Source: a virus (lineage: Duplodnaviria > Caudoviricetes). From it: a DNA stretch of 64,000 nucleotides. Shown in pieces: positions 61,225 to 64,000 of this stretch (position 1 is the first letter of the stretch; each line of letters starts with the position of its first letter). The DNA lies in IMG/VR virus record IMGVR_UViG_3300025168_000080, positions 615 to 64,614 of that record; one strand, 5' to 3'. Made by a program: the position numbers and the translations under genes. The notes below the pieces were generated by a model, which ran no database searches, was not told the DNA's origin, and saw only the letters and a list, made by a program, of their open reading frames with translations.

Positions 61225-63633
61225 ATGAACATAACAATATTTAAGGATATAAAAGACACAAGTCAACCCTTTTATCGTCCTGCCGATTTTATATTACAAA
61301 GAATAAAAGATGGCTCAAGCAAAGAACTTGTTAAAAAAATAAGAGCTGCTAAGGATAAAGAGAATAAAAACAAATTAAAACAAGGTCTGCCTGCTATATG
61401 TTTCAGTGGTACGTTTACAAAGAGAAACGACAACTCTTTAAATCAACATAGTGGCTTAATATGTTTAGATTTTGATGGTTATCCATCTAATAAGGAAATG
61501 CTACAAGAAAAAGAGCGACTGACTAAAGCTAAATTTACTTATAGTGTTTTTATATCTCCAAGTGGTAAAGGATTAAAAGCATTAATTAAAATACCTGCTA
61601 CTCCTGAACTACATAAATCTTACTTCCAAAGTTTACAAAAGTATTTCGACTCCGACTATTTTGACACTACAAGTAAAAACATATCCAGAGTGTGTTATGA
61701 ATCTTATGATCCATTAATTTATATAAATGAAACTTCAAGTATATGGGACAAAATAGAAGATGAAGAGTATACTGAAGTAATCAAGCAGGTAGATTTACCT
61801 ACAATTCCTGTTACTGATGAGAATAAAATTGTAAAAATTCTTGTAAAGTGGTGGGAGAAAAAATACCCAATGAATGAGGGTCAAAGAAATCACCATGCTT
61901 ATATATTAGCCGCGGCTTTTAATGATTTTGGAGTTACACAAACCTTGGCAGAATATATATTAGGAAGTTATGAGTCCAGGAACTTTACAAAGCATGAAAT
62001 TAAAAAAACTATACAGTCTGCATATATACAGAAACAAAACTTTGGCACAAAGTATTATGAAGATCAAGATAAAGTAAATCAAATAAGACATAAACTAAAA
62101 CGTGGTGTTTCTAAAAAGGAAATAAGAACAGAACTTAAAAACTTTAATATCGATGAAGTTTCTATTGACAATGTTATTAATAGAATTGAAGAAGAACAAT
62201 CTAACCATAAGTTTTGGACTAAAAACGACAAAGGGACTATTAAAATAGTTCATATACTTTTCAAACATTTTTTAGAAGAGAATGGGTTTTACAAATTTAA
62301 TCCTGAAGGCAGTAAGAACTATGTGTTTGTAAGGGTTACTAATAATTTAATCGATCATACATCTGAAAAAGAAATTAAAGATTTTATCTTAAACTATCTT
62401 TTAGATGTTGATGATTTATCTATATATAATTATTTTGCAGAAAACACACGATATTTTAGAGAAGAGTTTCTTACACTTTTAAATTCTATAGATGTATACT
62501 TTATAGAAGACGATAAAGACACTGCTTATCTGTACTATAAAAACGGAGCTGTAAAGGTTACACACGAGGGTATATTACTTATTGATTACCTTGATATTGG
62601 TGGTTACGTTTGGAAAGATCACGTAATCGATAGAGTGTTTATAGAGTGTCAACAAAAAGGTTGTGACTATAGGTCTTTTATTACCAACATATGTGGTCAA
62701 AGTGAAAGCAGAGTTAAAAGTATGATGTCTACGATTGGATATTTGCTACATGCATATAAAAACTTAGCTTACTGCCCAGCTACAATATTAAATGATGAGG
62801 TTATTTCAGACAATCCAGAGGGTGGTACAGGAAAGGGTTTGTTTATTAATGGTATAGCTAAAATGAAAAAAGTAGTTGTTATAGATGGTAAGTCATTTAA
62901 TTTCGACAAGTCTTTTGCTTATCAATTAGTAAGCGCAGACACGCAAATACTTTGTTTTGATGATGTAAGTAAGTCATTTAATTTCGAACGATTGTTTTCT
63001 GTAGTGACTGAAGGGTTAAGCCTGGAAAAAAAGAATAAAGATGCAATTAAGATACCATTTAGTAAATCTCCAAAAGTAGCTATTACAACTAACTATGCTA
63101 TTAAAGGTAAAGGTTCATCATTTGAAAGAAGAAAATGGGAATTAGAATTAGCACAATATTATACAAAAGATTTTACACCATTAAAAGAGTTTAAGAAAAT
63201 GATGTTTGCTGAGTGGGATGACGATGAGTGGTGTCAGTTTGATAACTACATGATTGAGTGTTTACAATTGTATTTAAAGTTTGGGTTAATCAAAAGTGAC
63301 TTTGTTAATTTAAAAGTAAGAAAGCTTTCAGCTGAAACATGTCACGAATTTATAGAATGGTGTGGTGTTGTAGGTGGATCGATAAATCATAAATTAGTTT
63401 TAGATACAAAATTATATATGAATGATTTGTATTTAGATTTTGTAGAAGACAATCCAGATTTTGCGCCTAAATCAAAAATGACTGTATCACGTAGAAGATT
63501 TTATAAATGGTTAGAAGCCTATGGGGAGTTTAAATATGACTGTAATCCTGAAGAAGGTAGAGAAACAGTTGGTAAGTGGATAAGGTTCCGTAAAAAGAGT
63601 GTTTCCGAGAATCAGTCTTACATGGAATTTTAA
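61225..63633 (+). CDS. Primase-helicase (BT4734/VirE-N-like primase domain, PriCT, SF3-like helicase)
   Basis: KQGLPAICFSG...SGLICLDFD...FISPSGKGLK...SRVCYESYDP; EGQRN; Walker A GGTGKG; Walker B LCFDD; ITTN. Confidence 0.88.
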   Translation: MNITIFKDIKDTSQPFYRPADFILQRIKDGSSKELVKKIRAAKDKENKNKLKQGLPAICFSGTFTKRNDNSLNQHSGLICLDFDGYPSNKEMLQEKERLTKAKFTYSVFISPSGKGLKALIKIPATPELHKSYFQSLQKYFDSDYFDTTSKNISRVCYESYDPLIYINETSSIWDKIEDEEYTEVIKQVDLPTIPVTDENKIVKILVKWWEKKYPMNEGQRNHHAYILAAAFNDFGVTQTLAEYILGSYESRNFTKHEIKKTIQSAYIQKQNFGTKYYEDQDKVNQIRHKLKRGVSKKEIRTELKNFNIDEVSIDNVINRIEEEQSNHKFWTKNDKGTIKIVHILFKHFLEENGFYKFNPEGSKNYVFVRVTNNLIDHTSEKEIKDFILNYLLDVDDLSIYNYFAENTRYFREEFLTLLNSIDVYFIEDDKDTAYLYYKNGAVKVTHEGILLIDYLDIGGYVWKDHVIDRVFIECQQKGCDYRSFITNICGQSESRVKSMMSTIGYLLHAYKNLAYCPATILNDEVISDNPEGGTGKGLFINGIAKMKKVVVIDGKSFNFDKSFAYQLVSADTQILCFDDVSKSFNFERLFSVVTEGLSLEKKNKDAIKIPFSKSPKVAITTNYAIKGKGSSFERRKWELELAQYYTKDFTPLKEFKKMMFAEWDDDEWCQFDNYMIECLQLYLKFGLIKSDFVNLKVRKLSAETCHEFIEWCGVVGGSINHKLVLDTKLYMNDLYLDFVEDNPDFAPKSKMTVSRRRFYKWLEAYGEFKYDCNPEEGRETVGKWIRFRKKSVSENQSYMEF

Positions 63634-63705
63634 GAGATACTTAGGTATCAAACACTAAGAGAAAGTCTCTTAGGACGCATTTATGAAAGAAAAATTTTTA
63701 ATAAA

Positions 63706-64000
63706 ATGAAGAAAATCAACGTTTTAGACTTATTTTCAGGAATCGGTGGATTTCACTTAGGCTTAGAAAAAGCAGGTTATAAAGTAAAATCTTACTTTTC
63801 TGAAATAGATAAACACGCAATTGCAGTATATAAAAACAACTTTAAAAATAGCACATATGTCGGATCAGTTACAAATGTTCGAAAAGAACAATTACCAAAA
63901 ATCAATATTATTACCTTTGGAAGCCCTTGCCAAGACTTTAGTGTTGCTGGAAATCGTAAAGGGATGGGAGGACAACGTTCAAGCCTTATCCTTGAAGCCA
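63706..64000 (+). CDS. C5-cytosine DNA methyltransferase, N-terminal part (3'-partial, not in ORF track)
   Basis: MKKINVLDLFSGIGGFHLGL...SEIDKHA...FGSPCQDFSVAGNRKG...RSSL, motifs I-IV; open to the window end. Confidence 0.92.
   Translation, partial: MKKINVLDLFSGIGGFHLGLEKAGYKVKSYFSEIDKHAIAVYKNNFKNSTYVGSVTNVRKEQLPKINIITFGSPCQDFSVAGNRKGMGGQRSSLILEA

Noticed and set aside
1-64000. Stop-codon reassignment as in some crAss-like phages
   Set aside because: Long genes are intact under the standard bacterial code with dense packing, and no suppressor tRNA was found.

Overview
The window is an AT-rich, apparently near-complete genome of a lytic podovirus-type phage of a Bacteroidota (probably flavobacterial) host. 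The host inference rests on TAnnTTTG promoter boxes, SD-less AATTATG starts and a BT4734/VirE-N-like primase. The window ends in the N-terminal part of a C5-cytosine methyltransferase and begins in a C-terminal part, consistent with a circularly permuted genome only slightly longer than 64 kb. The + strand arm (54135-64000 and 1-3448) holds early genes, Sak-like SSAP, exonuclease, SSB, primase-helicase, SF2 helicase, two methyltransferases and two DnaA-domain-IV-like proteins. The - strand arm (3445-53617) holds GroEL/GroES, a cluster of tiny basic proteins, lysis genes, tail fibres, terminase, portal, scaffold, capsid, ring/nozzle proteins and ejection proteins up to 2889 aa. No DNA polymerase, RNA polymerase, integrase, full tRNA or CRISPR array was recognised. 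The most notable non-obvious signals are: (1) a complete type I hammerhead ribozyme, an anticodon-less tRNA-like element and a third structured RNA punctuating the early operon; (2) GC-rich, codon-atypical DNA motifs at module junctions of the main tail fibre that look like recombination sites; (3) two copies of a ~140-bp origin-like element with inverted repeats and an identically spaced IHF-consensus site; (4) a split nozzle gene with decorating paralogues. All product calls come from motif recognition by eye, not database searches.
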